DNA from: Somniosus microcephalus
Taxonomy: Eukaryota
Length of the DNA stretch: 64,000 nucleotides
Direction: 5' to 3'
NCBI GenBank assembly: GCA_052327205.1
Contig: CM126207.1
Location: 62,310,001-62,374,000 of the forward strand
Of this stretch, positions 1 to 13,269 are shown piece after piece (position 1 is the stretch's first letter; the number at the start of each line of letters is the position of its first letter). The translations under genes were made by a program, and so were the position numbers. The notes beneath the pieces are model-generated. The model searched no databases and was not told the DNA's origin. It saw nothing but the letters and a program-made list of their open reading frames with translations.

Positions 1-29
1 CTGGGTATTCTGCTGCGATTGGCTCACCT

Positions 30-708
30 TGTGACTTCCCCAAAGCCCCTCCCCCATCCACAAGACACAAGTCAAAAGTGATGGAATACTCGCCACTTGC
101 CTGGATGAGTGCAGCTGCAACAACACGCAAGGGCCTGGCGTTTCCGCTGGATTGCGCTGAGTTTTTCGTCGCAATTCCCCCGATATCGGCATAACTGCTG
201 CAAAAGATTGGAATTTTAAATGCAAATTGAGTTCAGCGCAACTAGCGTTTCCACGATCTTTTGTGCTAGTTTTAAAAACATTGCACTAGAAGCAGGCCCC
301 ACGCACAAAACTGGCCACATACCCAGGGTGAATTAATCACCATTGGGAGTTTCTGCTAATTGCGCTCCTTTGCAGGCCTTCGAGGATGAACTGTAGCAAC
401 TCGCCAAGGCTTCTTCAACAGCACCTCTCAAATCTGTGACCTCCACCACTTAGAAGGACAAGGGCAGCAGGTGCATGGGAACACCATCGCCTCCAAGTCT
501 CTCTCCATCCTGATTTGGACATATACCGCCGTTCCTTCATTGCTGCGTCAAAATTATGGAACTCCATAACTAACCGCATTGTGGGAGCACCTTCACCACA
601 TGAACTGCAGTGGTTTAATGAGAAGGCTCGCCATCAACTCTGAGGACAACTAGGGATGAGCAATAAACGCCAGCATTACCCACATCCTGAGGATGAATTA
701 AAAAAAAA
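30..708 (+). mobile_element. 3' end of a non-LTR retrotransposon (LINE), interrupted by an unrelated GC-rich insertion at ~131-378
   Basis: Positions 30-130 and 380-708 read as a decayed RT C-terminal/3' UTR region ending in AATAAA and an A-run. Positions ~525-700 align by eye with 40350-40530 (ccttcatcgttgctgggtcaaaatcctggaactcc...gggcaataaa). Clade not assigned. Confidence 0.6.
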
Positions 709-1639
709 TTCATGTGACATTGTGTGCTACTGAGCATTTTCATCTCTGGCTTTCAGAAGGGATATTGCTTGGTGCATTTCTCAAATGTTGTACATTACAT
801 TTAGAGGCTCACTAAGTTTGTTACAGTAATATTGTTCAGATCCTTATCTCTTTCATGTAAGAAAGATCATTAAGGAAATGCGATACCAAATACAGTAGTA
901 ATCTTGGGTACAGTTGTAACACTATAATCAGATTCAACTAGGTATTGAGTTTTGCTGCCTGGGTTTGGTTTTTATAAACTAGCTTGGAAGAATGTCATTT
1001 TTGAGCGTTTGCAGTGGTGTATGTATATTTTTGTCTCCCCTTCTATTATTAGTACAGTAGAGACCAAAGTATTTATCCTCATTATCTACAAAATGGACTG
1101 ACATGGGCCATGTTTTTCCAAAGGACACAAACAAAGTTTTGGAAATATCCGCATCTGTAAAGAGGAAAGACACATTTAAGTTTGGGTGAGGTCCGCAAGC
1201 CTTTTAGGGTTGAGAAAAGAGAACCGGGAGAAGAGGAATAACGGATACTGAAATTAGAGAGAGGGTTGATTGACCTGAAACGTGCCCAACAGAAAAGCAG
1301 GAAAATGTTAATTACATAAAAGATCATGTTAGTCAGGTAATGGAACTACATTAAGAAAATAGCTAAGATGGTGAAAATGTAATGGTCACACAAGGAAAAA
1401 GGCAGAAAAATGGAGAGTAGAGGGGAAAAAATCAGCAGCTGCAAGTCCGAAATTAAAACAGGAATGCTTAAAAAAAAATGTGCACACTATGTCTGCCAGC
1501 CCTGAGAATGGTGGAAGGGTTGCTATATGTGGAGTCTGAGTGGCAACTGTCTGACTCCTCTTCCTCATTCCCCTCACTACTGCTGAGAACAAATATGACC
1601 CCTCGTGCTTAAATTCTGTACACAACAGAAAAGCTTATG

Positions 1640-2360
1640 GATCCAATTTGTCCAAACCCTTCATAATTTTAAATACTCTATCCCTTTCAAATCTTCTAAT
1701 TTCAAGAGAGGAAAAAACGCAGGGTATTTTATCGTTCCTTAAACATCATTCCCTTACGTTCTGGGATCAACCGTGTAACCCTTCTCTGTACTGCCTCTAA
1801 TAACTAAATATCCTTTTTGAAATAAGAACACCAAAACTGCATGCAGTACTCCAGATGTGTTTTCACCTCACAGGGCCAAATATAGTTTTTAAAATGACCT
1901 CTCTTGATTTACATGTTCTACCTCTTGCTATGCATCTTAACGTTCTGTTTGTTGTTTTAACAGCCTAAGGACATTGTGCTGATGGTGTTAATGACCTGTC
2001 CACCAAATGCCATGATTTCTATCCTCGAGTAAATTTCCATTCAGCACATAATCCACATTAACCTTCCATTTGCCAAATCATTAACCGTACATTTCCCTGT
2101 ATTAAATTGTATCTGCCATTTCTCCACCCACTGAGCTTGTCGAGATCCTTTTGAATTTGTGCGCATTAATCATTTGCCCCTGCTCCCAATTTGGTATTGT
2201 TTGAAAATTCAGACATTTTGGACTCAGTTCTTTCCTCCAAATCATTTATAAAAATTATACCCAACAGTGGTCCAACACTGAATCGTGTGCTACTCTACAA
2301 GGTAGCTGTCCATGCACTACCACTCGTCTACCAAACAACCATTTGCTAATCCATTGCAAA
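1640..2360 (-). mobile_element. Old degraded CR1-type LINE RT fragment
   Basis: Antisense CR1-like stretches such as ccaaaactgcatgcagtactccagatg, attaaattgtatctgccatt and tcctccaaatcatttataaa resemble the reverse complement of the younger CR1 at 52160-54006. No open frame. Confidence 0.6.
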
Positions 2361-5300
2361 GCCATTTGAGTCAGGCCTCCCTTTTGCTGGGCTTTTAACT
2401 GCTGGGCTGCCACTTTAGGTTGGATTGGAATTTGGATCTGGTCTTTTATTGACACTCCGATGCAACTGGTAACTTGGTTACCATCATGGGTCTCCTCTGT
2501 TACGATTAATCAAAATTTGTCTTTGTGAGATTTAACGTACTATTTCTGTTCTACAGTTGATGTAGCCTGGAATTCCTTTTTTGGGGATTTCTTCTTGCAA
2601 ATGTCTCTTAACGGGCTGTTAATATTTTTGTTCTCTGTTAAATTTGCCTGACTTTTCCAAGCAGGGCAGCTCCGAGCAAAGTAGGGAGTTTGCAAGATGT
2701 TTACATTTTGTGCATTTGTAGGAATCCTAGTACAGTATATTTATGCAAGTGGTTATGCTTCATACTGTACTGTGTTTATGCCATTATAATGCTATCAAAC
2801 TGACATCTGCGGTGTTGCTATTTGACATCACCGTTTTACAGTTGAAGTCATGGTTCACATCTGGTGCCAATTTTATACTAAATTACATTAAAAATAAATG
2901 TGAGCAATGAAGAACTTCATTGTCTTGAGTGTCCTTTAGAAGTTGAAAAGACTGTCCCTCTTGACTGTGGGATAATTTTATGTGCCTGCACTGCTGGCAT
3001 GCATCCTCGCGGACTGGCATGTGATGCACACAATCTTTTGACAGATGTGCACTTCTGGCGAGCAAAGCACATCCTGCTGGCAAAGGGGACTCATAAAATT
3101 ACCCCTATTACTTTCTGTATAAACAGAAATATCTTTGTTTCTGACCGAAAGGACCAACAGGTGGCCTGATCTTATGAATTTCTCTCTGCACCTTTGTTAC
3201 TTTAACTGTCTGTTATGAGATGCATAACAGCAACCGTGGTAATTTTCCCTCTTTCTGGGCAAGCACTTGGTCTGCACCTAATACTCGTGATGACTGCTGT
3301 GCTAATATTAGGAAGTTGACATGGGATTGTGGCCTGTGAGCATGTTCCCTACCATATCGTAGTGCAGCTTGTTTGAACACTGTCAGAAACCTCCACTGGA
3401 TCCCTTTGATTTTCTTTTAAGTTCTTTTTTCTTTTTGTATTTTTATGTTTGAAAGATAAAAATATGTTTATAGAATGAGGAAGAGAGATAAGGGAACATT
3501 ATTTTAACGGAAGAAACAATTTGCTGCCTAGGCTTAACATTGGTGTTGTAGATCAGTCACCAGTTATAGAAACGGCCTGATTTTCATTCAAGTCAATGGA
3601 AGGGCTGTTTTTTAATGGACAACCTATCTGTAACATCAGTTTTCCGCCTGGACAGCAAGTTGAAAATGACTCCCTGGCACTTTTCCCTCCTTTTGAGCGC
3701 CTCACCTTGTTCCACCCCTTTTGCCTCTCTTTTAACATCCTCATCCTCACTCTCTACCCCTACCCCATCTAGAGTTTCTCCCAAAGATATCCTCTCTCCT
3801 TTCCTCCTTCAGCCTCTGCACTGAATGACTCCTCATCCTCAGTATTTTCAATGTCCATCTCAACTCATTTTGCCCTCCCTCTGATTTCACTGGCATCCTG
3901 TACTCCCTAAATTTCTCCCCCCATATAAACTCTCCTACTAATAGTCACGGCCATCCCCTAGGCCACGCTATCTCCTGTGGTCTCTCTACCCCCATGGTCT
4001 CAATCGCAGACAAGTCTCCAATCAGTTTCTTGTATCACACACACGCACACCCTACCCACTACCCCCTTCCAATCCCACTTTTTTCTGTCTCTGCCCCATG
4101 GAAAACAGTCTCTTGCCCAAGTTACTTACAACTGCACTTTCAAACTTCCAAATGTCTAGCCTTTGGCCTTGCATTCGCCACAATACTTCTTCAGCTGTCG
4201 ATCTGCTCAACTGCACCCTCACCTCCACCATTGATGCTCTTGACCCAGCAAAACCATTATTCTTTCCCATCCTGGTTGTTCGTCCCGGTATGACCCCCAT
4301 CTTTGTTCCCTCAAATCCAAGGACCACAATTTAAGTATATCTGACACAAAACCAGTTTAGCTGTTTTTTAGCTGGACCTCACGCTTTTCTGCAAAAACCC
4401 ATTTGCTACTCCAGAAACATTTTGAAGAGCAAATCTACCCACAAGGTGGTTTTTCTTCACTGCCAACTGTCTCCATAAATCCCCCTCCCCCTGCTCCCTT
4501 TGTTTTGGAAGGCTGCTTATGCCTATGGAACAATGCCTCAGCAAGATTCAGTAGTTTCAGAGAAGAGGGAGAAAGAGTCTGGGGGTGGAGGGGAAGAATC
4601 TTTTTAATTGTTCCAAATTTGAAATTTGGCATGTTTTTCTTTTGATTTGTGTTCAGAATAAGTCATTAATAAAAGATCCAACTCTACAATACTGATATGT
4701 ATAAACATTATATGCACATTGAGTAGTGAAGCTGTGTGTGTTAACAATTGGCTACTTTCCAGCACCAACTGCTGATTTTTGAATATGTTTGTTTGGGAAA
4801 GGATGTAGAAGATTGTCAGGAATATGCTACAATGTTGCATTTTTCTGTTGTTTATTTTCTGTATCGGCTTTATTGGATATCTGATCCATGCTATTCCTAA
4901 CATAGAAGCCTTTGAACCCAAAAATGGTTTTAAAAAAACAAAATGATGGTGCGGAGGGGTTTTAGAATTTTTTTCTTAAAAGTAGGAATCAAACTTTTTT
5001 ATTAATAGCAGCTGAATTAAAAATTTTGAGAACTACACATGAAGCGCTTTGTTCCTAACTAATTCATGTTTGAATGGTAAGGTAAGAAGCCATGCTGGCC
5101 TTGGTTGAACCATCCAAATATATTTATCAAGCTACTCTTGCCATGCTCTAAAATTAAACTTGTATGACACTGCCATCCACGTAACATGGATGCCATACTA
5201 TGGGTGGAGTGCAAGTGCACAGCATGTATGTGATCTTTTTTCACCATAAGTTTTTAGGGCAGCAGGTAGCACTATAGCCTGTTTTATTTACTCTTTCAAG

Positions 5301-6468
5301 TACTTTAGTACAATTTTCTGAGGGCAAACGTGACTCTTATTTACCACTTCACAAAAGTTGTTTAATGTAATCTTGTGGCACTGTATAATTTCAGAGATGG
5401 GAGTTGCATATTTCTGCAGTAAATGTAAAATTATCAATCATCATTTCCTGGTGTACTTCAAGTAGCTGGGTAGTTTCACATTAATATTTTTGGAAGCTGA
5501 GCCTCTTGTGAAAATAGAAAATATTTAAATGTGAAAATAAATACAGTAATAAAACTTTGATCCTACTGAGTATTGATCTGCACACTGTGGGTAAATGAAC
5601 TGCATGTTGGTCTCAATAAAAAGTGCTGCCTTTAGTTGTGAAACAATTGATCAACTGATTTGATCATTTTGGATTTGTTGATAGCTTGCTAACGCAAGTA
5701 TTTTGCTGTTTGGAAAACAAAAATGTGCTATTTTTGTTCCGTATTTGGTAATGAAATATTATGACTATTTATGTCTGCTTAGATGACTTTCTTTGCATTG
5801 TGATTCTACTTCCTGAAGTTCCTCGTATGCATTAAATTTTGTCTGGTGGCTTGTAAATAGTTCATTGCTCTACTACTGTCATAGCAACTATAAGGGAGTG
5901 TGTATTACCTTCGGATTCCTGATTATTTGTAGCTCAATGTAGGTCAGAAGGATTTCTGCAGAATAAACTTGTCGATACTGTTGGTGTACAACTTTTATCC
6001 TTTTTCAATTTTTCTTTTATTTGATAAAGTTGCTGTCAGTCCAAAATAAAAATTTGCAGATTATAAAGTAGTGTGATGATTTATAATACTTCATTCTTGG
6101 GATGTAGTGTAGAAATCTTGTCAAGCCAACAGAATGAAAGGCTAAAGATTTTGGATTAGTAATGATTTGGAGAATAAGAACATAAGACAAGGATGAGAAA
6201 AGGCCAATGAAAGCTTGATTCTCCAGTAATTCAACTCGCCCCGGTCTGGCATCTGACTGGATTTTAAATGTCCTAAGTATTTGTATCCACTACTTTACCT
6301 TGTAGATTATTCTAAATTTTATCACTTTGCAGAGGCACGTTTCCAAAATATTTTAAAACTTGTCTCTCTTTCATTTAAATTGCTCAAATGGGAAGTGAGT
6401 CCTGTCGTACAATAATGAGGTTCTTGAAAGGTACCTATTTGGAATTTATTCTGGAGAGTATATAAATT

Positions 6469-6832
6469 CAACAACAACAGCTTGTATTTATATAGCACCT
6501 TTAAAGTAGTAAAACGTCCCAAGGCTCTTCACAGGAGTATATAAGACCAAAATGTTGTCACTGAGCCACATAAGAAGAAATTAGGGCAGGTGAAGGAGGT
6601 AGGTTTTAAGGAGCGTCTTAAAGGAGGAAAGAGAGGTTTGGGGAGGGAATTCCAGAGCTTAGGGCCTAGGCAACAGAAGGCACGGCCACCAATGGTTGAG
6701 CAATTTATAATCAGGGATGCTCAAAAGAGCAGAATTAGAGGAGCGTATATATCTGGGGGGGGGGGGGGGAAGGTGGTGGTGATGTGGGGCTGGAGCAGAT
6801 TAGAAGTGGGGAGGGGCGAGACCATGGAGGGA
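6469..6832 (-). mobile_element. L2-clade LINE 3' tail fragment
   Basis: caacaacaacagcttgtatttatatagcacctttaa...aggcacggccaccaatggttgag aligns with the 3' end of the L2 copy at 41708-42050. Confidence 0.8.
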
Positions 6833-7250
6833 TTTGTTATTTCTGATTTGATTTTGACTGCAAAACTTACTGGCTTTAAGAGGACTTTGTTTAGTATGTA
6901 AATTGAATTTGATCAGTATTTTCCCCATGTGAGAAGGTGCCTAGTACTGTAAGTTTACAATGTCATGTATCTGATAATCCATTTACATTGTTACTGTGGA
7001 CCTATCTGGATATAAACTGCACTGCAAACTTCAAATTCACTTTTGACACTTTTCCAAAAATGCTATAACTGTTTGTATCAATAGAAACTTAGACTTTTAA
7101 TGTGTGACTATAATTTTGAGGTGTAAACTCAGCAACCTTTTATTGCAACATCCTCAAGTCTTAATAATCCCAGAATGTAAACACTGCTGTGTTGCAATTA
7201 AATGGCCTTAAATTGGAGGTAATGTTTAAAAGCCAGTTTTGTGAAAACCC

Positions 7251-7278
7251 TGTGTGTGTGTGTATGTGTGTGTGTGTG
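7251..7278. repeat. (GT)n microsatellite
   Basis: tgtgtgtgtgtgtatgtgtgtgtgtgtg seen directly. Confidence 0.95.
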
Positions 7279-7858
7279 TAGCTGTGAGGGGATCACAGGC
7301 TGGAGTTTCATTGGGGACTCAACTTGTTGAGCTGGCCTCCTGGAGAGGGCCTCGCGCCAAAGGGTTTTAGTGCAGTCAGTAGTTTCACCTTTCCTTTGAT
7401 AGGCACTCAAAACCACTTTGCATCAATGCAAAAGTGGCAGTATAAATGCAAGCATAGTGAATATTATATGTGCAATTTTCAAGTCTTTGGCATCTAGAGT
7501 GTTGAAAGGGATGTTTTATTCACTGCACAGCTCTCTGGAGCTGCTTGCTGCTGAGCCCCATAGCTGACCTTATGCCAAGTTTGAGTCCCAAGTGGTAGGT
7601 GTGTTCAGAGCTCGGAAAATAAATAGAAAGCGAAATTACTTTTACAGTATAAGAAACTCACCGCTTTATTTTTTAGCTAATGCGACGGGAGGAAGAAAGA
7701 ATATTTTAAATTTTCTATGAATTGATCTCCTGTGGCATTGCACGGGATGTGTCAAGACTAAGTGTAGCCTTCAGGGGAAGTCTGGTTAGAGGGTGGAGGA
7801 TGATTGATCAGTGCAAGCAGATGTGATTCAGTCGCCATTTTAAAGGCAAACATTTTGT

Positions 7859-8155
7859 TGTAGGAACGGAGGTTCCTAACTAAATAATTCAGCTCAACTC
7901 GATGGATTAAAAGACTGGAATTTAATAACAGCGAAGTTTGCTGGATGTTACAAGGAGGAAATCAAAACACGTTCGTTCAAGATGCCAGGTAGTCGAAGAC
8001 TGCTGGAAAGTTCTCCAAGCTGACGTCATGACGTCCCCACGTTCTTCGCGCCACTGGCGGTCACGTGATCAGCGTCATGACGTCACCACGCAGGATAAAG
8101 GCAAACACACACTGTAAAGGTAACAATCAGTTTCAAGGTGCAGTCCCCGGCTGCA
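7859..8155 (-). mobile_element. Solo-LTR-like element, copy 1 (CRE/E-box rich, terminal hairpins)
   Basis: Termini are TGTAGG...CTGCA. Shares a core with 9258-9558 (tgacgtcatgacgtc...ggtcacgtgatc.gcgtcatgacgtca). ATTAAA lies on the minus strand ~60 nt from the left end. Flanks ttgt/ctat are not a perfect TSD. Confidence 0.5.
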
Positions 8156-8294
8156 CTATAATACAATTAAGGGGATTATACTAAAGTACACTGAGTCTCT
8201 TGTGGCTCCTCCACATTGTCCTTTTTATATATCTGTTCTAATTTCCTATGTCCACATTTGCAACAGAAACAGCCCGTGTACACTTGTGGCGGTG

Positions 8295-8440
8295 CTGCAG
8301 TCTCCACTAGTGAGAGGGTGTAATTACAGTGTGACAAGTTAACATCGACAGTTTCCATTATAAACATGGACATGGGAATATTTATGGGAAGCGTTGGCAC
8401 GGAGTGCACGCTGGGATAATATTTTTAATATACTAGTCAA
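8295..8440. repeat. Old dispersed repeat, second copy at ~12700-12860
   Basis: agggtgtaattacagtg, gaatatttat and atttttaata blocks occur in the same order in both places. Confidence 0.6.
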
Positions 8441-9257
8441 TCTGTACATGGTAAGTCATAAAATATAGTCTCTTACCTATCTCTGTTGTCTCTGTGTTGG
8501 TGTTTCCTTCTTCATTTGTGTCTCTCTTCTGCTTCGCTTTGCTGAACTCTTTGCCTCTACTTTAGCGTCGGTGGTGCAGCAGGCAAAGGAGCCCTTAACA
8601 GCGGCAGACTTCATTTGGGACAGGGAACATGTGGCCCTTCCCATTCCTTTCCCCAATTGCTCATGCTTCTCTTCACCCCTCGCATACACCCCTTCCGTTT
8701 CATCATCTCTGTGGACATTCTCCATCCAACTGCACCCTCATTGCCATCACTACTGCTACTGTTTCCCTTTGAACTATCTGCTCAACTGCCATTATCTTCC
8801 TCTCCACCTTGCTTTACTGCCACTCATGCAACAGTAACCTTTCATTTGCTCCGAAAACTCCCATTTGCCCGTCCATGTAACATTACATGGAGCTACAATT
8901 TTCTCCCCGCCCCAACCCTCGCACCCACTCCCATTCATGTGCAAACGCTCTCTTTTTAAAACAGAAATGTGAATTTTGAAATTTTTCCTCAAATTAAAAA
9001 AAATTGTTAGAAGCTAAAGAAAAAAATCCTCAATATAATGAGCTGTATAGTACTGATGTATCCTGGGAAATTAGACACATTGCACATTTCAGATAGCACA
9101 ATCTAAATTCAGTCCATAGTGTCACAGATTTTGGCAAGCATATCAAGTCCAAGCCTAGGCTTTTGGGAGAGGTCACTGTCTTGAAGAAAAACCTTTTAAT
9201 GAAGGCATTAAAAGGCAATTCAATGGATAAATTTAATGGAGTGAATATTGACACCAC

Positions 9258-9558
9258 TGTAGGAACGGGAGTTCCTATCCAAAAAACGAAGTCCAACGCA
9301 GTGAAAAGAATTAATCAAACTTTAATGAACTCAATACTTTAACTTTTAACTTACAGGAACAGAGGTCAGCAGGTCTGTGTCTCCTCACAGCCTTTCTCAG
9401 CAAGCTCTTTTCCCAACTGCCATTGCCAACTGCCAACTGACGTCATGACGTCATCACGTTTTCCGTGCCAACTGGGGGTCACGTGATCGGCGTCATGACG
9501 TCATGACGTGAAAATACCAGAAGCTGCACACAGCTTAAAGGTGCAGTTCACAACTGCA
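9258..9558 (-). mobile_element. Solo-LTR-like element, copy 2, with 4-bp TSD CCAC
   Basis: TG...CA termini flanked by CCAC at 9254-9257 and 9559-9562. Contains several TGACGTCA motifs, one CACGTG and a minus-strand ATTAAA. Confidence 0.6.
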
Positions 9559-10701
9559 CCACTGGGTGTCTAAAGGAATTATTACAGTTTATTCAATGTC
9601 TCTTGATGGCTCTGCCACACCACTGTGTTAATCAAGGAGTTGGAGGTGGGATGGGCCATTTTGTTTTAATTTAGAGTCTCCGAACTCATGACCGAAACTA
9701 CAGTAAACTGAGACTCCCGAGTACAGCAGGATTATTTCTCCAGCAAAATGTAAAATCGATCCCAGTTACTTATTTCCAGGCCTGATTCATGGGAGAATTA
9801 TCCAATCATCTCCATTCAGGCTGGGACTTGTGGTGTCACTATAAATGTAATCATCTTGTTGTAAAATAGATACATATTTAATTTTATAATTTTTTTTGGC
9901 TTAACCCTTATTTTGGACGATACAAATTTCAGTTACTGAGGAAAAGAATGGCAGTGAATTTATTTTTCAGAAAGCATTTTGAGAGAATTGTTGGAATCCA
10001 GTGGCAAGATTGCAGATTGAGTCACAAGTTTACACAGGTGTTTCCATTGTAAATGTGAATATAGAAATTTATAATGGAAAAAGCTAACAAACTGCAACAA
10101 AAATGATATCGGGAAGTAGCAGAGAAAGGAACTACATGCAGATGTAAGATCTTTAATATAGATATGATTTTCAACTGCTTAATAAAAAAAGGTTGAATTG
10201 CACATTTGATTTGTAAAGAAACAGTTCTGTGTTGCATGTAGGGCTTGAGAGGTTGATATCAAATTTCATAGGCATCAGTTATTAAAAACAAATATGAGCC
10301 TGCTAAATAGATTTCTACTATCGAGAATTATGGGCAAAAGTTTCTTGTGACCTGGATTTCCGTGTGGGATCGGCTGTAGGAAAGCCCTGCAATGTATGCT
10401 ATCCCTCTTGCAATATCTTACACTTCCAGAAATGGTATTGCCATGTTTCTCCCTCATCCAACAGAATTAAGTACTTATCTGTTAACTTATCTTTATATTG
10501 GTTTGAACCAGTAGGTTTTTGAATTAGTAATACAAATATAAAAAATTATTTTTTGTGCCCTCCTATCCCTATTTTAAGCTTGAAAAATATATTAACAGAA
10601 GTACAATAATTAGCTTTAATTCATATGTTTTAATTAGAATAAAATTGTTTTCCACCATTAATTACAGGATGCATTTTGTATTGCTGTTAAAATGTACACA
10701 T

Positions 10702-11275
10702 AGGGCAGGATTTTCATTGGGCCGTGGAGGTGGGATTAGAGGCGCGTGGGGGGTTAAAATCCCGAAATCGGGTGGGGGGGGGGGGGGGCACGAACCCAAC
10801 CCGCCTCCATGCCAGTTTCAAAGGAGGCAGGTACCCGACCCGAGGCGGGAAGGGGATTAGTGCCAATTAACTGCCTGTTAACAAGTAGTTAACAGGCAGT
10901 TTTTAGCCTAATCCCTATTTTCATTCTTGAAGTGTGGGATTCCCAACAGCTCCGAACCACGCCAAGTTAGCGAGGCGGGCTGAAGGGCTTGGAGGGGTCG
11001 AGATGTCCGGTGTTCAGGTGAGTGATGGGTGCATGAGTGCAGAGGTAAGTGTGTTTAAAGAAGTTTTACTTACCTTTTACAGCCTTCCTTCAGGTCTAGG
11101 GAGTCCCTCATCTCACCGGCACAGAAAGCAGAATGGCCGCGATCTGTCAAAAATTGCAGCATTCAGCTTTCTGTTCCGGAGAGATCTCTAAATCATCCCG
11201 AGAGAAAGGAATTAACTTGTCAGTGTTTGACCGCTTCAAACAGCTGTCAAATACTGATATTTCATCTGTCAAAAG
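10702..11275. mobile_element. GC-rich MITE-like (PIF/Harbinger-type) fragment
   Basis: Starts with a gggcaggattttc terminus similar to other MITEs in the window. Has internal palindromes (aactgcctgttaac..gttaacaggcagtt; cagtgtttgac..gtcaaatactg). Right terminus not found. Confidence 0.45.
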
Positions 11276-11547
11276 GTCTTGACTTCCCGCCCCTCAGTTT
11301 TTCCTTCCTCAATTTTCTCCCATCGTCAAGATGCTGACTCTGAGGTACAATGCCATGGGCACTGGTAGTGCTGTAAGCAATTCGGTGGCTGAAATTCATT
11401 CTATTGCACCTTTTTGGGGTAATGGGGGTAGAGCATTTTTGTGCCCTGTATTAAATAGTAGCCCTGTTACAGAGATCCAAAGTTAAGGTAAAAGTTTATT
11501 ATTTTTAGATTAAGTCATATTTATAAAATTCTTTTATCTTTATACAG

Positions 11548-11627
11548 GTACTGCAAAATTTTGGAATACTGACATCATTGCACCCTTTGCTGGACCTGAG
11601 ATTTTGCACTGTCAGCAATTGAAGCTA
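11548..11627 (+). other. Candidate 80-nt exon of an unidentified host gene (possibly 5' UTR)
   Basis: Polypyrimidine acceptor cttttatctttatacag| and donor |gtaagt enclose unique sequence. One frame is open (TAKFWNTDIIAPFAGPEILHCQQLKL) but the peptide is not recognised. Confidence 0.4.
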
Positions 11628-13269
11628 GTAAGTTGATATTTTGCATAACTTCCTTACAATAGCTACTGTAATAGTACACCATAAAGTGATAATTGCGAAC
11701 ACGTGAGCACTAATTTAAAGACCTGTAGTATCATGGTTTTGAAGCCAAGCGCTGGTGGTTTGTTGACCCTAATTTGATTGGGGTGTCCAGTATGAAAAAA
11801 TGCCCAGATTAAAAGAATTAACCAAAATCTGAAGCTGGAGCCCAGAGTGTCTGTCTTTTTTTAATTTAGGATTGCAGATTTCCCATTAAAAATGTAATAA
11901 AATTATCTTTGCTTTAATATGTTTTTTAAAAGGCTGGCGTGAAACCCTATAAGGAATAAGTCATAAATATTGTGTTTTTTACAACCATTAACCAACCACC
12001 TCTCTTGGTGACAGAGTCTTGAGTATTTAACTATTTGAGGTACGTAATAAGGATCAACTACTTTAATTAATGCATATGAAATAACAGCGTTGACTTTTTG
12101 TTGTGACCAAAAGTTTTGCTGGATGGGTTTAAAAATAATTTATTAAAATGCTGGTTAACAGAACATGCCTTGAGTAATTTTTTTGGTATGTCAACTCTTG
12201 TTTTTAAATAGTAACTGCTTTCAAAAATATAGCCACACTGGGGAAAATTGGATCATCAGTGCATTCTTGTAAGAAGCCAAGTATGAAAAGAAACTGTTTT
12301 TTAAATTCTAACTTTGAAACATTAAGAAATAGTGTCAGTGGTTATTGACGAAGTTTGAAGACGCCTACATTTTAGAGTGAACTACATAATAGCCAGATGA
12401 GCTTGAAAAACACAGTACTCTGTTATTGCATTTCAATTTTATTACTTTACTAGTCAATCTTCTGTGGCGTTGCACACAAGAAATCACAACCAAGTGTAGT
12501 CTTCAGCTACCTGAATTAGAGATGGAATTCAGTCTCCACTTTACATTAATTTTAAATAATACTTCGATTTTATATTTATTGTTAAATAACAAAACTGAGC
12601 AATTTGGGCAGCAGAGAACTAGAATTGGTTGGACCAAGGGAGTTTCTGTGTAGTACAGGTTGAAGAACTAAAAGATGCAGAACTGAGGCTCTGCAATGCT
12701 TCTACTGGCAGAAGGGTGTAATTACAGTGCAGCAAGTTTACAGAGGCAGCTTTCATTCTAAACGTGGAATATTTATAATGGGAAAAGTTGACAACAGAAA
12801 GCAAGGTTTTGTAAGCGGGAAGTGTGTGCAGAAATTAGATTTTTAATAGATAGATCAGAGAACTTGGAACTTGTGTGTATCTTTCTTGATTATTGGTAAT
12901 ATTTTGCATTGTGATAATGCCTATGCACAACAGCAATACAATTGTGGGAGTACTGAAATTTTTGGAGCACAAACAGTTATGCTTTAGTGTAATTTAATAC
13001 AAAGTAGAAGTATTTGGATTTGAAGGTTTTGGATGCTTTAAATCTTTGAGTTGCCTGTTGTCCCACAGATCTTCCACGTGGCACGTGTACACTGCACTTA
13101 ACAGTTGCAAATGCTATTCCAAACACTCTGGCACTAAGCACTTCATTTACTTCCGTGCAACAAAGTAATTAGCCAGAAGTAAAAGTTAATATGAGCAACT
13201 AAACAGCAGCTCTTGATGCTATACTGTGTTGGAAAAATAGTAAGTCACATCAAAATCCCATAATGGGGG

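Noticed and set aside
6755-6768. Recurrent G/C homopolymer runs of roughly 10-20 nt (also near 10775, 16442, 26908, 29352, 37333, 47340, 49200, 60403)
   Set aside because: Simple slippage-prone mononucleotide repeats with no shared flanking structure; their lengths may be assembly-dependent.
7859-9558. Possibility that the two LTR-like elements are the paired LTRs of one retroelement
   Set aside because: They are too diverged outside the core, copy 2 has its own TSD, the outer flanks do not match, and no PBS, PPT or coding sequence is visible between them.
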